Part shown: piece by piece, positions 1 to 10,521 of the stretch | How the letters are laid out: each line of letters starts with the position of its first letter | Position numbering within the stretch: position 1 is the stretch's first letter | Virus record (IMG/VR): IMGVR_UViG_3300028887_000080 | Coordinates: 32,001-96,000 of that record | Strand: one strand, 5' to 3' | Source of the DNA: a virus | Lineage: Duplodnaviria > Caudoviricetes | DNA length: 64,000 nt | Translations under genes and position numbers: made by a program | The notes under the pieces: model-generated | Database searches by the model: none | Seen by the model: the letters and a program-made list of their open reading frames with translations, nothing else | Told to the model about the DNA's origin: nothing

Positions 1-947
1 ACTCGGAGGATTCCAACCTGTTCAACGCACTCATCGACAGGGAACTCATCCAATTCCGTTATTTGGTTGACACCTTCGGACTCGGTATCGAGGAGATGTG
101 CAAGAAACAGTACACCAACCTCTGCAAGAACAGAAAATCTGCGTTCGCAATCGTCAACGCACCTTCCTGCAACGATTTCAAGAACAGCGAAGACCCGTCG
201 TTCGTAGACAAGAACAAGGCGGTTTCCGCAGAGTTCATTGCAAAGGGAGGCGACCCGAACACCAATCCTTCATTCCTGTTCTCACTTCCTGACAAGGTGA
301 ACGGTTCTACTTGGGGCGGTTATTACTACCCGTACCTCAAGGTGTATTCAAACTACACGACAATCAACGTTCCGCCCGCCGCATACGTTTCCAACAACTA
401 TGTCGCCAAATACGGTTCAGGTATGCCTTGGACTGTCGTGGCAGGTCAGAACAGAGGTGTGGTCAGCGGCAACAACGTTGTCGGTGTTGAAGCAAGTCTT
501 ATCCGCGACAACCGCGATTGGTTGGAACCTTTCGGAATCAACTCAATCATCTATGAAAACGGAGTGGGTTGCGTAATCTATGCGAACAAGACCGCACAGC
601 AGAACCCGCAGAGCGCATTGAGTTCAATCAATGTTCGCGAAGTGTGCATCTACATCCAAGACGGAATTGAGAAGATTTTGAGAAACTATCTGTTCGAGTC
701 CAACACCGCACAGACAAGACTTGAAATCAAGACCCTCGTTGACAACTTCCTCGACATTGTCAAATCAAACTTCGGCGTCTATGACTTCCATACCGTTATG
801 GATACGTCAAACAACACTAACGAGGTGATTGACAAGAATATGGGGGTCATCTCGGTCTATGTGGAGCCGGTCCGAGCAATGGAGATTTTGGTACAACAAC
901 TCACTATTCTCAAGACGGGTGCAATCGAAAGTGGAACATTTGAGTAG
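1..947 (+). CDS. Tail sheath protein (T4 gp18-like), 5'-truncated by window edge
   Basis: C-terminal sheath motifs: VAGQNRG, INSIIYENGVG..IYANKT, INVREV..YI, YLFESN, CDxxNN-like DTSNNT, VYVEPVRAMEIL. Confidence 0.92.
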   Translation, partial: SEDSNLFNALIDRELIQFRYLVDTFGLGIEEMCKKQYTNLCKNRKSAFAIVNAPSCNDFKNSEDPSFVDKNKAVSAEFIAKGGDPNTNPSFLFSLPDKVNGSTWGGYYYPYLKVYSNYTTINVPPAAYVSNNYVAKYGSGMPWTVVAGQNRGVVSGNNVVGVEASLIRDNRDWLEPFGINSIIYENGVGCVIYANKTAQQNPQSALSSINVREVCIYIQDGIEKILRNYLFESNTAQTRLEIKTLVDNFLDIVKSNFGVYDFHTVMDTSNNTNEVIDKNMGVISVYVEPVRAMEILVQQLTILKTGAIESGTFE

Positions 948-962
948 ACCTTTTTCAACTTG

Positions 963-970
963 TATAAATA
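963..970 (+). promoter_or_regulatory. T4-type late promoter TATAAATA (representative). Other + copies at ~3019, 3874, 5911, 10494, 12527, 13516, 38176, 48018, 51285, 58346, 61565. Minus-strand copies at ~14672, 21200, 23068, 31520, 47988, 50207, 50789, 51221, 54294, 57581, 58261
   Basis: Exact TATAAATA usually 20-100 bp upstream of structural/late ORFs; gp55-like sigma encoded at 48050. Confidence 0.85.
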
Positions 971-971
971 A

Positions 972-1003
972 AGGGAGAGCATTTTGTTCTCCCTTTATTT
1001 TTA
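972..1003 (+). terminator. Rho-independent terminator after sheath gene
   Basis: agggagagc-atttt-gttctccct followed by T-rich tract. Confidence 0.7.
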
Positions 1004-1015
1004 TGTTGTTTAATT

Positions 1016-2998
1016 ATGAAAAAAGACATTATTATTAAATTGTTGAACACTCCGTCAAAGGACGGCGGTATGCGAAACCTGACAGAAAAAGGCATTATGA
1101 ATAAATTTCCTGATTTATATGAATTTCTTATCGGATTTGATTTTCCAAAAGATTTTACAATAAAGCAAATGATTTATCATTACATCAATGATGATGTTGA
1201 ATGTAATATTGGTGTTTGTGACTGCGGAAAAAGGTGTAAGTTTTTAAGCATAAATGAAGGATATTGCAAACATTGTTCTGTAAAATGTTCAAGAAATTCA
1301 AAGGATGTCAATGAAAAGAGAAAGAACACCTGTTTGAAAAAGTATGGTGTGGACAGTCCTTCAAAATCAGATGTTGTAAAAGAAAAGAGGAAACAAACAT
1401 TTATAGACAAGTTTGGTGTTGAACACCCTATGCTGTTGGATGAAATTAAAGAAAAGATAAAGAATACCAATATGGAACGATATGGGGTTGAATGTGTTTT
1501 TCAATCAAATGAAATAAAAGAAAAGATAAAAGAAACAAACATAGAAAAATATGGTTGGGAGAATCCTATGTGTTCCGATGAAGTAAAAGAAAAGATAAAA
1601 GAAACCAATATGGAAAAATATGGTGTTTCACACCCTTTGCAATCGGATGAAATAAAAGAAAAGATAAAAGAAACCAATATGGAACGATATGGGGTTGAAA
1701 ATGTCGGTCAAACAGATGTAGTGCGTGAGAAGGCAAAGAAAACAAACATAGAGAAATATGGTGTGGAATGCCATTTTCAATCGGACGAAATCAAAGAAAA
1801 GATAAAGAATACCAATATGGAACGATATGGGGTGAAAAATGTTTTTCAATCGGATGAAATAAAAGAAAAGATAAAAGAAACCAATATGGAACGATATGGG
1901 GTGGAAAAACCAGCACAATGTGATTCTGTAAAGGCGAAGGCAATACAGACAACAGTTGAACGATATGGCGTGAAATATCCTATGCAGTCCGATAGAATAA
2001 AAGAAAAGGCAATGGAGACAAACGCCAAACGATATGGCGTGAAATATATAACACAATCAAATGAAATAAAAGAAAAGATAAAAAATACAAATCTTGAAAA
2101 ATATGGAGTGGAATGGTTTTGTCAAACAAGCGCGGCAAGGAATTATTCAAATGATTCAAAACCGAATTTAAGTTTTGCCGCCAGTCTTGATAAGTGCAAT
2201 ATAGTATATGACCGTGAGTATCCAATATCCCATTATTCCTATGATTTTATCGTTGGAAATTATTTGGTTGAAATAAACCCCACAATAACACACAACAGTC
2301 ATATAAGTATATTCAATGGAAAGGTAAAAAACAGTTCGTACCATTCGGATAAATCACAAACTGCTTTGAATAAAGGTTATTTCTGCATACACGTTTGGGA
2401 TTGGGATGACCAAGACAAAATTGTTAATATGCTTAAACCAAAAAATGTAGTATATGCAAGAAATCTTGAAATTCGTGACGTTTCCGTAGAATCGGCAAGT
2501 TTGTTTTTGAACACATATCATTTACAAAACACTTGTAAGGGTCAACGTGTAATATATGGTTTATATATGGACGATATGTTGGTTGAACTTATGTCATTCG
2601 GAAATCCGAGGTATAACAGGAACTATGAATGGGAACTTTTAAGACTTTGCACGCATAAAGACTACACTGTGGTTGGTGGTGCGGAAAGACTTTTCAAGCA
2701 TTTTATATTGACAAATAAACCGAAATCAATCATCAGTTATTGTGACAATTCAAAGTTCAGCGGACACGTCTATGAAAAACTTGGTTTCAAAATCCTTCGT
2801 TCATCCAAACCGACTTGTCATTGGTATAACTTGAAAACAAAACAGCACATTACAGATAATTTATTGAGACAACGTGGGTTTGACCAACTGTTCGGCACAA
2901 ACTATGGAAAGGGTACTTCAAATAAAGAACTTATGCTTGAATATGGGTTTCTTCCTGTATATGACTGCGGGCAGACAAGTTTTGTTTGGAATTTATGA
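1016..2998 (+). CDS. Hef-like putative homing endonuclease: Zn-ribbon + 12 x 23-aa YG repeats + PD-(D/E)XK domain + GNAT/Mom-like C-terminal domain
   Basis: CDCGKRC..CKHCSVKC; repeats TNxE(K/R)YGVxxxxQSDEIKEKIK; YDF..EINPTITH..CIHVWDWD; YHLQ..FGNPRYN..WELLRLC..VVGGAERL..SYCDNSKFSG.VY.KLGF. Confidence 0.7.
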   Translation: MKKDIIIKLLNTPSKDGGMRNLTEKGIMNKFPDLYEFLIGFDFPKDFTIKQMIYHYINDDVECNIGVCDCGKRCKFLSINEGYCKHCSVKCSRNSKDVNEKRKNTCLKKYGVDSPSKSDVVKEKRKQTFIDKFGVEHPMLLDEIKEKIKNTNMERYGVECVFQSNEIKEKIKETNIEKYGWENPMCSDEVKEKIKETNMEKYGVSHPLQSDEIKEKIKETNMERYGVENVGQTDVVREKAKKTNIEKYGVECHFQSDEIKEKIKNTNMERYGVKNVFQSDEIKEKIKETNMERYGVEKPAQCDSVKAKAIQTTVERYGVKYPMQSDRIKEKAMETNAKRYGVKYITQSNEIKEKIKNTNLEKYGVEWFCQTSAARNYSNDSKPNLSFAASLDKCNIVYDREYPISHYSYDFIVGNYLVEINPTITHNSHISIFNGKVKNSSYHSDKSQTALNKGYFCIHVWDWDDQDKIVNMLKPKNVVYARNLEIRDVSVESASLFLNTYHLQNTCKGQRVIYGLYMDDMLVELMSFGNPRYNRNYEWELLRLCTHKDYTVVGGAERLFKHFILTNKPKSIISYCDNSKFSGHVYEKLGFKILRSSKPTCHWYNLKTKQHITDNLLRQRGFDQLFGTNYGKGTSNKELMLEYGFLPVYDCGQTSFVWNL

Positions 2999-3047
2999 AT
3001 TTGATGTTGCGAGTATGGTATAAATATACCGAATATAATTTCCAACT

Positions 3048-3716
3048 ATGAAGAATGTTTTCAAATACGATGAGTTCGTAGGAACTGTGAACGAGAGCAG
3101 GTATGAGACAGGCAGGGTGGACAAGTACCACAACCGCGAATATAATTGGAAGGTCGTGTTTGACGACCTGAAAAAGGTTGTTCTCGGAAGAAAGAAGATG
3201 ACCAAACCCCTTTATCAGGCATTGTGCCATTTCACAATCGCACATTACAATATGTGGGGTTGGATTGATTACTATAACGGAAATTGGGGCGAACTCGCAA
3301 GCGAACTCAATCCCCATCCCTATGGTGACTTTGACGCATCCGACCGCGCCCCGTTTGATGACATTCAGAACTTTCTGAACCAACATAGCAGGAACACCAT
3401 ACAAAGCCCCTATGAGAGCGTGTCTAATGAAAACGGCGCAATCTTGAACGAGGGTCTCGTTTCAACCATCAAGGCGAAAAGCAGAATCACGAAGGTTCAG
3501 GCGGCGGTTTTTGACAAGGCGTCCGAACTCATTGAAAAGAACCCGAAGAAATACAAGGACGGAAACGATGTGTTGAGAGACCTTGAAAACGACGCGAAGA
3601 AACTTTATGAAAAGGAACTTGGTGAGTTCATCAAGAACAAGGACATCATCACCGCTGACGAATGGTGGAAGAACTTTTCAAAAAGCGCGGCAATGGTGAT
3701 TGTTCCCGAAGTGTAG
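3048..3716 (+). CDS. Hypothetical late protein with capsid-targeting-like N-terminus
   Basis: 222-aa ORF after TATAAATA; begins MKNVFKYDEFVGTVNES. Confidence 0.7.
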   Translation: MKNVFKYDEFVGTVNESRYETGRVDKYHNREYNWKVVFDDLKKVVLGRKKMTKPLYQALCHFTIAHYNMWGWIDYYNGNWGELASELNPHPYGDFDASDRAPFDDIQNFLNQHSRNTIQSPYESVSNENGAILNEGLVSTIKAKSRITKVQAAVFDKASELIEKNPKKYKDGNDVLRDLENDAKKLYEKELGEFIKNKDIITADEWWKNFSKSAAMVIVPEV

Positions 3717-3743
3717 CGGTACATAATCACCCCAACAACCACA

Positions 3744-3771
3744 AAACCTTCCGAAATCGGAAGGTTTTTTT
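3744..3771 (+). terminator. Rho-independent terminator
   Basis: aaaccttccg-aaat-cggaaggttt + T tract. Confidence 0.75.
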
Positions 3772-3778
3772 CTGTCAA

Positions 3779-3797
3779 GATATATCACTGATATATC
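3779..3797. repeat. Dispersed 19-bp palindrome GATATATC-N3-GATATATC (copies at 3779, 9633, 12504, 16564, 23134, 31545, 36729, 39198, 46053, 52043)
   Basis: Six copies with both half-sites exact, four with one mismatch, read directly from the sequence. Confidence 0.9.
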
Positions 3798-3973
3798 ATC
3801 ATTTTATACAAATGCCTGTTTTTCAGTCGTTACGGTAGAAATGTTATTTTTAGGTGTGTTGTAAAACAGCACATATAAATATATAACAGGAATGCGGAAA
3901 TCTTTTGGATTATAGAAGAAAAGAATCCGCCGAAAAAGATTAGCATTCACACAAAGAATATACTTTAAGTATT

Positions 3974-5794
3974 ATGTACAATATGGCTATCAATGAAAGT
4001 CAGGTTGTTGCTACTTGGGGACAGCACATTAAGGAATCCCTCGGTATCACTGACGAATCAAAACTCCAATGGATGTCGAAATATGCTTATCTTCACGATT
4101 TGCACGACAAGAAGATGATTGCGGAGTCTGTTGACGGACACGCACACCTCAACCCGAATATGAACATCGGCGGTATGGGCGCCATCAATTTCCCTGGTGC
4201 TGCCACCAACAACACCTATGACCGTTCACTCGCAGGTTCAGGTGACAATGTGTACAGCGTTCTTCCTTTGGCACTCCAAGTCGCTGCACAGACCATCGCT
4301 CTTGACTTGGTTCCTGTGGTTCCGATGCAAGGTCCTCACGGTCTGCTCCAATACCTTGACTATGTGTATGAAGGCGGTCGTCTGAACAATATGGGTGGAA
4401 GCGAATACACCTCTCCGTTGTATAACGGCAAACCTGAAAACTTCGCTTCTCCTTATATGATTAAGGCAAACATCACCGCTATGGACGGTGCTGGTACCGA
4501 CGCTGAAAAATTCATTTTCCGTCCGAACTCAACCTATCACTTCAAAGGCAACGATGATTATGAACTGACCTACATCTATCCTAACCGTATTGACGGTAAA
4601 CCGTTGTTCCGCGTGATTGAAAAATCACACTATGCAGGTCAGAAGATGGTCGGTGGAGAAAACGCTTCAACTCCGATTTACGTTCTCTTCGACAATCTTA
4701 TGTCAGACGGTTCCAACAAGACCACTCTCGTCTGCGATGAGTACATTGACAAAGACAATGTTAAGCACACTGACTTTGAAATGACCATCACAGCCGCCAA
4801 CGGTATTGAAAACGTCCGTGCATTTGAAGACCACGTCACTTCATTCAGCGGTGAAGGTTTCCTGAAGAAAACCGTCACAAGCAACAATCCTTACACCCGT
4901 GAAATGGGCGAGGCAACCCCAGGTCGTAAAATCGGTCTCAAGTCCTACACTTTGGACATCAAGGCAATGACCCTGAAAGTTGACTCCGCTATCACCCGTG
5001 AGCAGGTTCAAGACCTCAAGCAGTTCGGTATCGACGCTATTTCCCAAGCAGAAGCTGCACTCGTGAACGAACTCACACAGGGCATCAACAAAATCATCCT
5101 TGAAAAGATGTTCAACCTTGGTGCTCTCAATGCAGTTCAACTTCAAGAAGTTGAAGGTCGCAACCTTATCTCCGCTTGGTTCGTGAATGGTGAACCCGCT
5201 TCCACTACTGACAAAACCACTAACATTTGGTTGGGTGACAAATACAACAAAGAAACAGGCGAACTTGAAGGTAAATATGTTGCCGAAAACATTCCTTACA
5301 CCAACGTCACAGGCGGCGGTGAAGTGATGGGCACCATCCAACGTCGTATTATGACCAAAATCATCGCTGCTTCCAACGTGATTGCAGTCCGTGGTCGTAG
5401 AGGCGCAGGTACCTTCGCAGTCTGCTCCGGCACCATCGGTACCGCTCTCCAAGATTGCGCAGGTTTTATGCCTTATCCGCTTTCTAACACCATCTCCGCT
5501 AACGGCAACAGTCTGTATCCGATTGGCGCACTTGCTGGCATCAGCATCTACGTCGACCCGAATATGGCATTCAACGATATGCGCGTTGTGGTCGGTCGCA
5601 AGGGTAAAGAGAACGAACCAGGCATCGTGTTCTGCCCTTACCTTATGGCAGACAAAGTCGAAACTACAAGCGAGTTCACGATGGCACCTGTCATCTCCCT
5701 CCAATCTCGTTTCGCTTGTGTTGAGGCAGGTATCTACCCGCAGACGCAGTACTACACTTTCAGTATCAAACTCGACGGTGTAAGTCTTGTCTAA
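3974..5794 (+). CDS. Major capsid protein (T4 gp23-like)
   Basis: DLVPVVPMQGPHG, TREQVQDLKQ.GIDA..E..LVNEL..INK.I, RGRRGAGTF, G.LAG.SIYVDP, GIVFCPY, TMAP...SRF. Confidence 0.95.
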   Translation: MYNMAINESQVVATWGQHIKESLGITDESKLQWMSKYAYLHDLHDKKMIAESVDGHAHLNPNMNIGGMGAINFPGAATNNTYDRSLAGSGDNVYSVLPLALQVAAQTIALDLVPVVPMQGPHGLLQYLDYVYEGGRLNNMGGSEYTSPLYNGKPENFASPYMIKANITAMDGAGTDAEKFIFRPNSTYHFKGNDDYELTYIYPNRIDGKPLFRVIEKSHYAGQKMVGGENASTPIYVLFDNLMSDGSNKTTLVCDEYIDKDNVKHTDFEMTITAANGIENVRAFEDHVTSFSGEGFLKKTVTSNNPYTREMGEATPGRKIGLKSYTLDIKAMTLKVDSAITREQVQDLKQFGIDAISQAEAALVNELTQGINKIILEKMFNLGALNAVQLQEVEGRNLISAWFVNGEPASTTDKTTNIWLGDKYNKETGELEGKYVAENIPYTNVTGGGEVMGTIQRRIMTKIIAASNVIAVRGRRGAGTFAVCSGTIGTALQDCAGFMPYPLSNTISANGNSLYPIGALAGISIYVDPNMAFNDMRVVVGRKGKENEPGIVFCPYLMADKVETTSEFTMAPVISLQSRFACVEAGIYPQTQYYTFSIKLDGVSLV

Positions 5795-5816
5795 CCTTTA
5801 ATTAGGACTGATATTT

Positions 5817-5851
5817 AAGGGGTTGTGATTTCACAACCCCTTTTTTATTTT
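5817..5851 (+). terminator. Rho-independent terminator after capsid gene
   Basis: aaggggttgtg-attt-cacaacccctt + T tract. Confidence 0.8.
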
Positions 5852-5940
5852 TAGGAACTCATTGAAACCAATTCATAACAACAACGGCAAATCTCGATTG
5901 AAAAAAAATCTATAAATAAAGTGATGTGACATTTTTTTTG

Positions 5941-5950
5941 TATTTTTGCA
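5941..5950 (+). promoter_or_regulatory. Bacteroidetes-type -7 promoter element TAnnTTTG(CA)
   Basis: tatttttgca 17 bp upstream of the ATG at 5967. Confidence 0.5.
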
Positions 5951-5966
5951 AAGTGAAAATCAGACT

Positions 5967-7910
5967 ATGAACAGAGATGAATTGAAACGATTGTTGCTGC
6001 TTCCGAAATCGGAAGGCGGTATAAACCAAATCCAAGAAAGCGGGTTTGCGAAAATGTTTCCTGAAGAATATGCCGAATTGTGCGGCATTGACTTTCCGAA
6101 CGGGTTTACATTCAGGCAGAAACTTTATCATTGGTTGAACGGTGATTTTGGTCTTGCGCTCGGATTCTGCAAGAAATGCGGAAAGCGTTGTTCATTCAAG
6201 AACCTGTCAAAAGGTTATTTTGATTATTGCAGCAATTCCTGTGCGCAGAGTTCCGATGAGAACATAAAAAAAGTGAAAGCGACCAAACTTGAAAGGTACG
6301 GTGAAGAGAACTACAACAACAGGGAAAAATCAAAACGTACTTGTATGGAGGCGTATGGTGTTGACAATCCGTTGAAATCCGGCGATGTTGTGGAAAAGGG
6401 AAAACGCACCAAACTTGAAAGATACGGCGATGAGAATTACAACAACAGAAAAAAGGCGTCGGACACAAAACTTGAAAAGTATGGTGATTCGGCATATAAC
6501 AACCAACAGAAATACAAACAAACCTGCATTGAGAAATACGGAGTGGAAAACGTGTTCCAACTTCAGTCGGTGAGTGAGAAAATACACGACACTATGATGG
6601 ACAAATATGGTGTCGGGCATTCGATGCAGTCTCCTGTTTTTCAAGAAAAGGCGAAAGACACGAACCGCAAGCGATACGGGAGCGACTATGTTATGCAGAA
6701 TGATGAGGTGAAGCATAAGTCCCGTGACACCAATATTGAGAAGTACGGTCACCCTTGCAGTTTGCAGAATGACGAAGTTAAGGAAAAGGCGAGGAACACT
6801 ATGATTGAAAAGTATGGTGTCGAGCACAATTCGCAGACGAAGGAGTTTTGGGAGAAATACAAAGACACTTGTGTGGAGAAATACGGCGTGGAGCACCCTT
6901 CTATGAGCGAAGACGTCAAGGACAAGATGAAGCATACTTGTATTGAACGCTACGGCGTGGAGTATGCGTCGCAGAGCGATGAGTTCAAGAAAAGGGTGAT
7001 GGAGACGAACCGCAGGCTGTACGGGGTTGATTGGTATTGTATGACTTCGGAGTGCAGGTTGCACGGAAACGACAGCAAGGTGAACCTGAATTTCGCCAAG
7101 ACGCTTGAGGATTCAACAATACCGTTCGAGCGTGAATTTCCGTTGGAAGGGTATTCTTACGATTTCAAGGTCGGAAATGTGCTTATAGAACTCAACCCGA
7201 CCATAACCCACAATTCAGCGGTCAACATATATGGTGGGAACCCGAAAGACGAGAACTATCACTTTGCGAAATCGAACACTGCGGAATTGCACGGACTCTC
7301 CTGCATTCATATTTGGGATTGGGACGACAAGGCGAAGATAGTCCGTATGCTGAAACCCAAAACAATTCTGTATGCAAGGAAGTTGGTTCTGCGTGAAGTC
7401 GACGCCGTTTCCTGCGACCGTTTTTTGAACGAGCACCATTTGCAGAATACTTGCAAGGGGCAGTCTGTCTGCTTGGGTCTGTATATGGACGATGTGTTGG
7501 TTGAGGTTATGACATTCGGCAAACCGAGATACAACAAGAATTACGAATGGGAACTTTTGAGGCTTTGCACACATTGCGATTACAAGATTGTAGGCGGAGC
7601 GGAACGATTGTACAGTCATTTTGTGAAGTCATACATCCCGAAATCAATCATAAGTTATTGCGACAACAGCAAGTTCAACGGCGGAGTGTACAAAAGACTC
7701 GGAATGTCGTTGCTGCGCCTGTCCAAACCGAGCAAACATTGGTGGAACGGAAAACGGCATATCACGGACAACTTTTTGAGGCAGCGCGGGTTTGACCAAC
7801 TGTTCGGCGCCAACTACGGAAAGGGGACGGACAACAACGAACTTATGCTTGAACACGGTTTTTTGCCAATCTATGATTGTGGACAGATGACTTTTGTTGT
7901 TGAATTTTAA
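5967..7910 (+). CDS. Hef-like repeat nuclease paralog 2 (~12 YG repeats)
   Basis: Same architecture as 1016..2998; ATG start at 5967 chosen. Confidence 0.7.
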   Translation: MNRDELKRLLLLPKSEGGINQIQESGFAKMFPEEYAELCGIDFPNGFTFRQKLYHWLNGDFGLALGFCKKCGKRCSFKNLSKGYFDYCSNSCAQSSDENIKKVKATKLERYGEENYNNREKSKRTCMEAYGVDNPLKSGDVVEKGKRTKLERYGDENYNNRKKASDTKLEKYGDSAYNNQQKYKQTCIEKYGVENVFQLQSVSEKIHDTMMDKYGVGHSMQSPVFQEKAKDTNRKRYGSDYVMQNDEVKHKSRDTNIEKYGHPCSLQNDEVKEKARNTMIEKYGVEHNSQTKEFWEKYKDTCVEKYGVEHPSMSEDVKDKMKHTCIERYGVEYASQSDEFKKRVMETNRRLYGVDWYCMTSECRLHGNDSKVNLNFAKTLEDSTIPFEREFPLEGYSYDFKVGNVLIELNPTITHNSAVNIYGGNPKDENYHFAKSNTAELHGLSCIHIWDWDDKAKIVRMLKPKTILYARKLVLREVDAVSCDRFLNEHHLQNTCKGQSVCLGLYMDDVLVEVMTFGKPRYNKNYEWELLRLCTHCDYKIVGGAERLYSHFVKSYIPKSIISYCDNSKFNGGVYKRLGMSLLRLSKPSKHWWNGKRHITDNFLRQRGFDQLFGANYGKGTDNNELMLEHGFLPIYDCGQMTFVVEF

Positions 7911-7921
7911 TTCTGTTGTTT

Positions 7922-9655
7922 ATGATGAATGCGGAATGTGACACTACTATGGAAGAACTCAAAAATTTTCTCAATGCCAAACCCGTGTACTTGCAGGAAA
8001 GCAAATTTGCAGTGAAGTTTCCCGATGAGTATGTCACATTGTGCAGTTGGAAGTTTCCCGACGGGTTCACATTCCAGCAGAAACTTTATCATTATGTCAA
8101 TGGCGACAATATATTCAGACTTGGATTGTGTCCCACTTGTGGAAAGCGTTGCAGGTTCAAGTCATTTGGCAGAGGTTACTTTGAGTATTGCAGCAAATCC
8201 TGTATCTATACAAAGGAGCGTTCCGAAAAGTGCAAGGAGACAAAACTTGAACGATATGGTGACTCCAACTACAATAACATAGAAAAGGCGAAGCGTACTT
8301 GTATTGACAGATATGGTGTGGAGAACGTCTCGCTTGTTGAGAGCATATCGGAGCAGAAATCGGAAACAAGACGTAACAGGACATCGGATGAGAAAGCGGC
8401 GACAAGGGAGAAAATAGCACGGACGTGGGCGGCAAAGACAGATGATGACGTAAACAGGCATATAGAGAGTATCCGACAGGGAAAACTTGAAAAGTATGGG
8501 GACGTCAATTTTTCAAATCCGCAAAAGACAAAGGATACTAAACTTGAAAGATATGGGACACCAACCTATGTGAACCCTGAAAAAATGGTCGCGACAAAGC
8601 GTGCGAAGGCATTGGATGCAGACCCGAACATAATCAGTTTCAATACTGACGGCAGCGTGGTCAGGAGATGTGATAATCCATCCTGTGACAGGTGTGATGA
8701 AAAGTGCTATACCACATTCACGAGACTTCATTATGACAGAATCAGACTTGGGTGTATCACCTGCACCAAACTAAATCCCATTGACAGGCACACGAGCGGA
8801 GGTGAGAATGAGTTGTATGAATATGTCAGGGGGGTGTACGGAGGAACCATAGTGAAGAATGACAGGGGTGTCCTCGGAGGTCAGGAACTTGACATCTATC
8901 TTCCTGACAAGAAACTCGCATTTGAGTTCAACGGGTTGTATTGGCACAGTGATTTATACAAGGACAAGAACTATCACTTTGAGAAATCAAAATCCTGTAT
9001 GGAGAAAGGTGTGAGACTTGTCCATATATGGGAGGATGATTGGCGTTACAGGAGGGATATTGTGGAGAACCTCATATCAGGAATATTGGGAAAGCACAAT
9101 ACTTACATAAACGCAAGGAAATGTTCGGTGGGAAAGGTGGATGCAAAAACAGCGCGAGTGTTTTGTGATAAATACCATATACAGGGTTATGTGAACTGTG
9201 CTGTCAGATATGGTATTTTCTATAATGGAGAACTTGTGATGGTCTCGTTATTTGGAAAGCGCAGGCGGATTTGCGGAGGTGTCCCGAAAGAGAATGTTTG
9301 GGAACTTTACAGGATGTGTTCGGTGTTCGGAACGAGAGTTCGCGGAGGTGCGAGCAGATTGCTTGTGCATTTCATCAATGATGTCAGACCGAACTCCATA
9401 GTAACTTTTGCCGACTCCTGTATTTCTGACGGTGGAGTCTATGAGAAAATGGGTTTTGTGAAGGACGGTGTTGTGCCGCCATCCTACTATTGGGTTGTTG
9501 GCATTGAACGTGTGCCGAGATATAGGTTCCAAAAGTCAATGCTTGAGGAGTGCAAGGACAACTCTGACCTTACGGAGGATGAGGTGATGCGGTCAAGAGG
9601 ATGCCTCAAAATATGGGATGCGGGAAAAGTGAGATACATCATTGATATATCGTAA
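7922..9655 (+). CDS. Hef-like nuclease paralog 3 (fewer repeats, second Zn site, ELDIYLP..AFEFNGLYWHS nuclease variant)
   Basis: CPTCGKRC; YG repeats; ELDIYLPDKKLAFEFNGLYWHS..HIWEDDW; YHIQG..WELYRMC..GGASRL..TFAD..G.VYEKMGF..IWDAG. Confidence 0.7.
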   Translation: MMNAECDTTMEELKNFLNAKPVYLQESKFAVKFPDEYVTLCSWKFPDGFTFQQKLYHYVNGDNIFRLGLCPTCGKRCRFKSFGRGYFEYCSKSCIYTKERSEKCKETKLERYGDSNYNNIEKAKRTCIDRYGVENVSLVESISEQKSETRRNRTSDEKAATREKIARTWAAKTDDDVNRHIESIRQGKLEKYGDVNFSNPQKTKDTKLERYGTPTYVNPEKMVATKRAKALDADPNIISFNTDGSVVRRCDNPSCDRCDEKCYTTFTRLHYDRIRLGCITCTKLNPIDRHTSGGENELYEYVRGVYGGTIVKNDRGVLGGQELDIYLPDKKLAFEFNGLYWHSDLYKDKNYHFEKSKSCMEKGVRLVHIWEDDWRYRRDIVENLISGILGKHNTYINARKCSVGKVDAKTARVFCDKYHIQGYVNCAVRYGIFYNGELVMVSLFGKRRRICGGVPKENVWELYRMCSVFGTRVRGGASRLLVHFINDVRPNSIVTFADSCISDGGVYEKMGFVKDGVVPPSYYWVVGIERVPRYRFQKSMLEECKDNSDLTEDEVMRSRGCLKIWDAGKVRYIIDIS

Positions 9656-9704
9656 AAAATACATTGTTTTTTGTTATATTTAATAATAACAAAATTTATT
9701 GAAT

Positions 9705-10208
9705 ATGCCTGATTTTTCTTTTACATACAAAAATGGCGCGGTGCTTGAGTACGACGTTGGAAATTTTGACGCTTGGTGTGTATATCTGACAAGACCTGAC
9801 GGCAAGCGGATTGCTCCGAGAGACAGGGAGTATTTTTCAAGGATAAAGGATTATGACAAGGTGATTGGAGGCGGTGCTGTCTACAAAGACCTTGTCAGGA
9901 TATACAACAAGACAAACAATGTCCCGAACCCACTTGTGCTTGAGAAAATAGAGGAGTATTGCCACAGGCGCTATGACGCTTGCTGTGGAAGCGATTATGC
10001 AACTTCAATGGCAATAGACTATGGAATAATCTATATGGGTATGGTCGCGGAGGAAAACAAGAAAAACTCCGTGCTCGGAAAACGTGTCAAAAGACTTGGT
10101 TTTCATCAGGTTCTTGTTGAGAATATGGATTGCAGTTGTGCCGCGTCATACAGCAAAGGAGTCAAATCGGACGAACTTGACAAACTTTGTAAAAAATATG
10201 GTTTTTGA
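9705..10208 (+). CDS. Hypothetical protein
   Basis: ORF behind TTATATT promoter motif; G.FD.WCVY and Y.GMVAEENK..LGKRVKRLG motifs. Confidence 0.65.
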   Translation: MPDFSFTYKNGAVLEYDVGNFDAWCVYLTRPDGKRIAPRDREYFSRIKDYDKVIGGGAVYKDLVRIYNKTNNVPNPLVLEKIEEYCHRRYDACCGSDYATSMAIDYGIIYMGMVAEENKKNSVLGKRVKRLGFHQVLVENMDCSCAASYSKGVKSDELDKLCKKYGF

Positions 10209-10210
10209 TT

Positions 10211-10498
10211 ATGGAACAAAGTGAATTGGAAACGAATGTGTGTGTTTTTGCACACGAGAACAATGTATCGCCTGAAAACGTGCGTGTTATAAAAAAGTCA
10301 GAACTTGTTGTCGGGCAGACCTACAACGGCGTATGCAGAAACGCAGACCACGCAGTATGGAAAGGCGAGTGCTTTGAGTATTACAGATACAAGTTCGGAA
10401 GTTGGTTCAAGGAGGAAATCAACCATTTCGAGGATGACGACGGGTATGATGTGTTTGTGCCTATGGAGGTTGTTTCTGCGAAAGACGCCTGCATATAA
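10211..10498 (+). CDS. Hypothetical phage protein
   Basis: ORF directly following the previous gene. Confidence 0.6.
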   Translation: MEQSELETNVCVFAHENNVSPENVRVIKKSELVVGQTYNGVCRNADHAVWKGECFEYYRYKFGSWFKEEINHFEDDDGYDVFVPMEVVSAKDACI

Positions 10499-10521
10499 AT
10501 ATAGGAAACATAACACATTGG

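Noticed and set aside
1320-2125. Diversity-generating retroelement or intergenic VNTR explanation for the 69-bp repeats
   Set aside because: The repeats are in-frame protein repeats, there is no adenine-specific TR/VR pair, and no reverse transcriptase is in the window.
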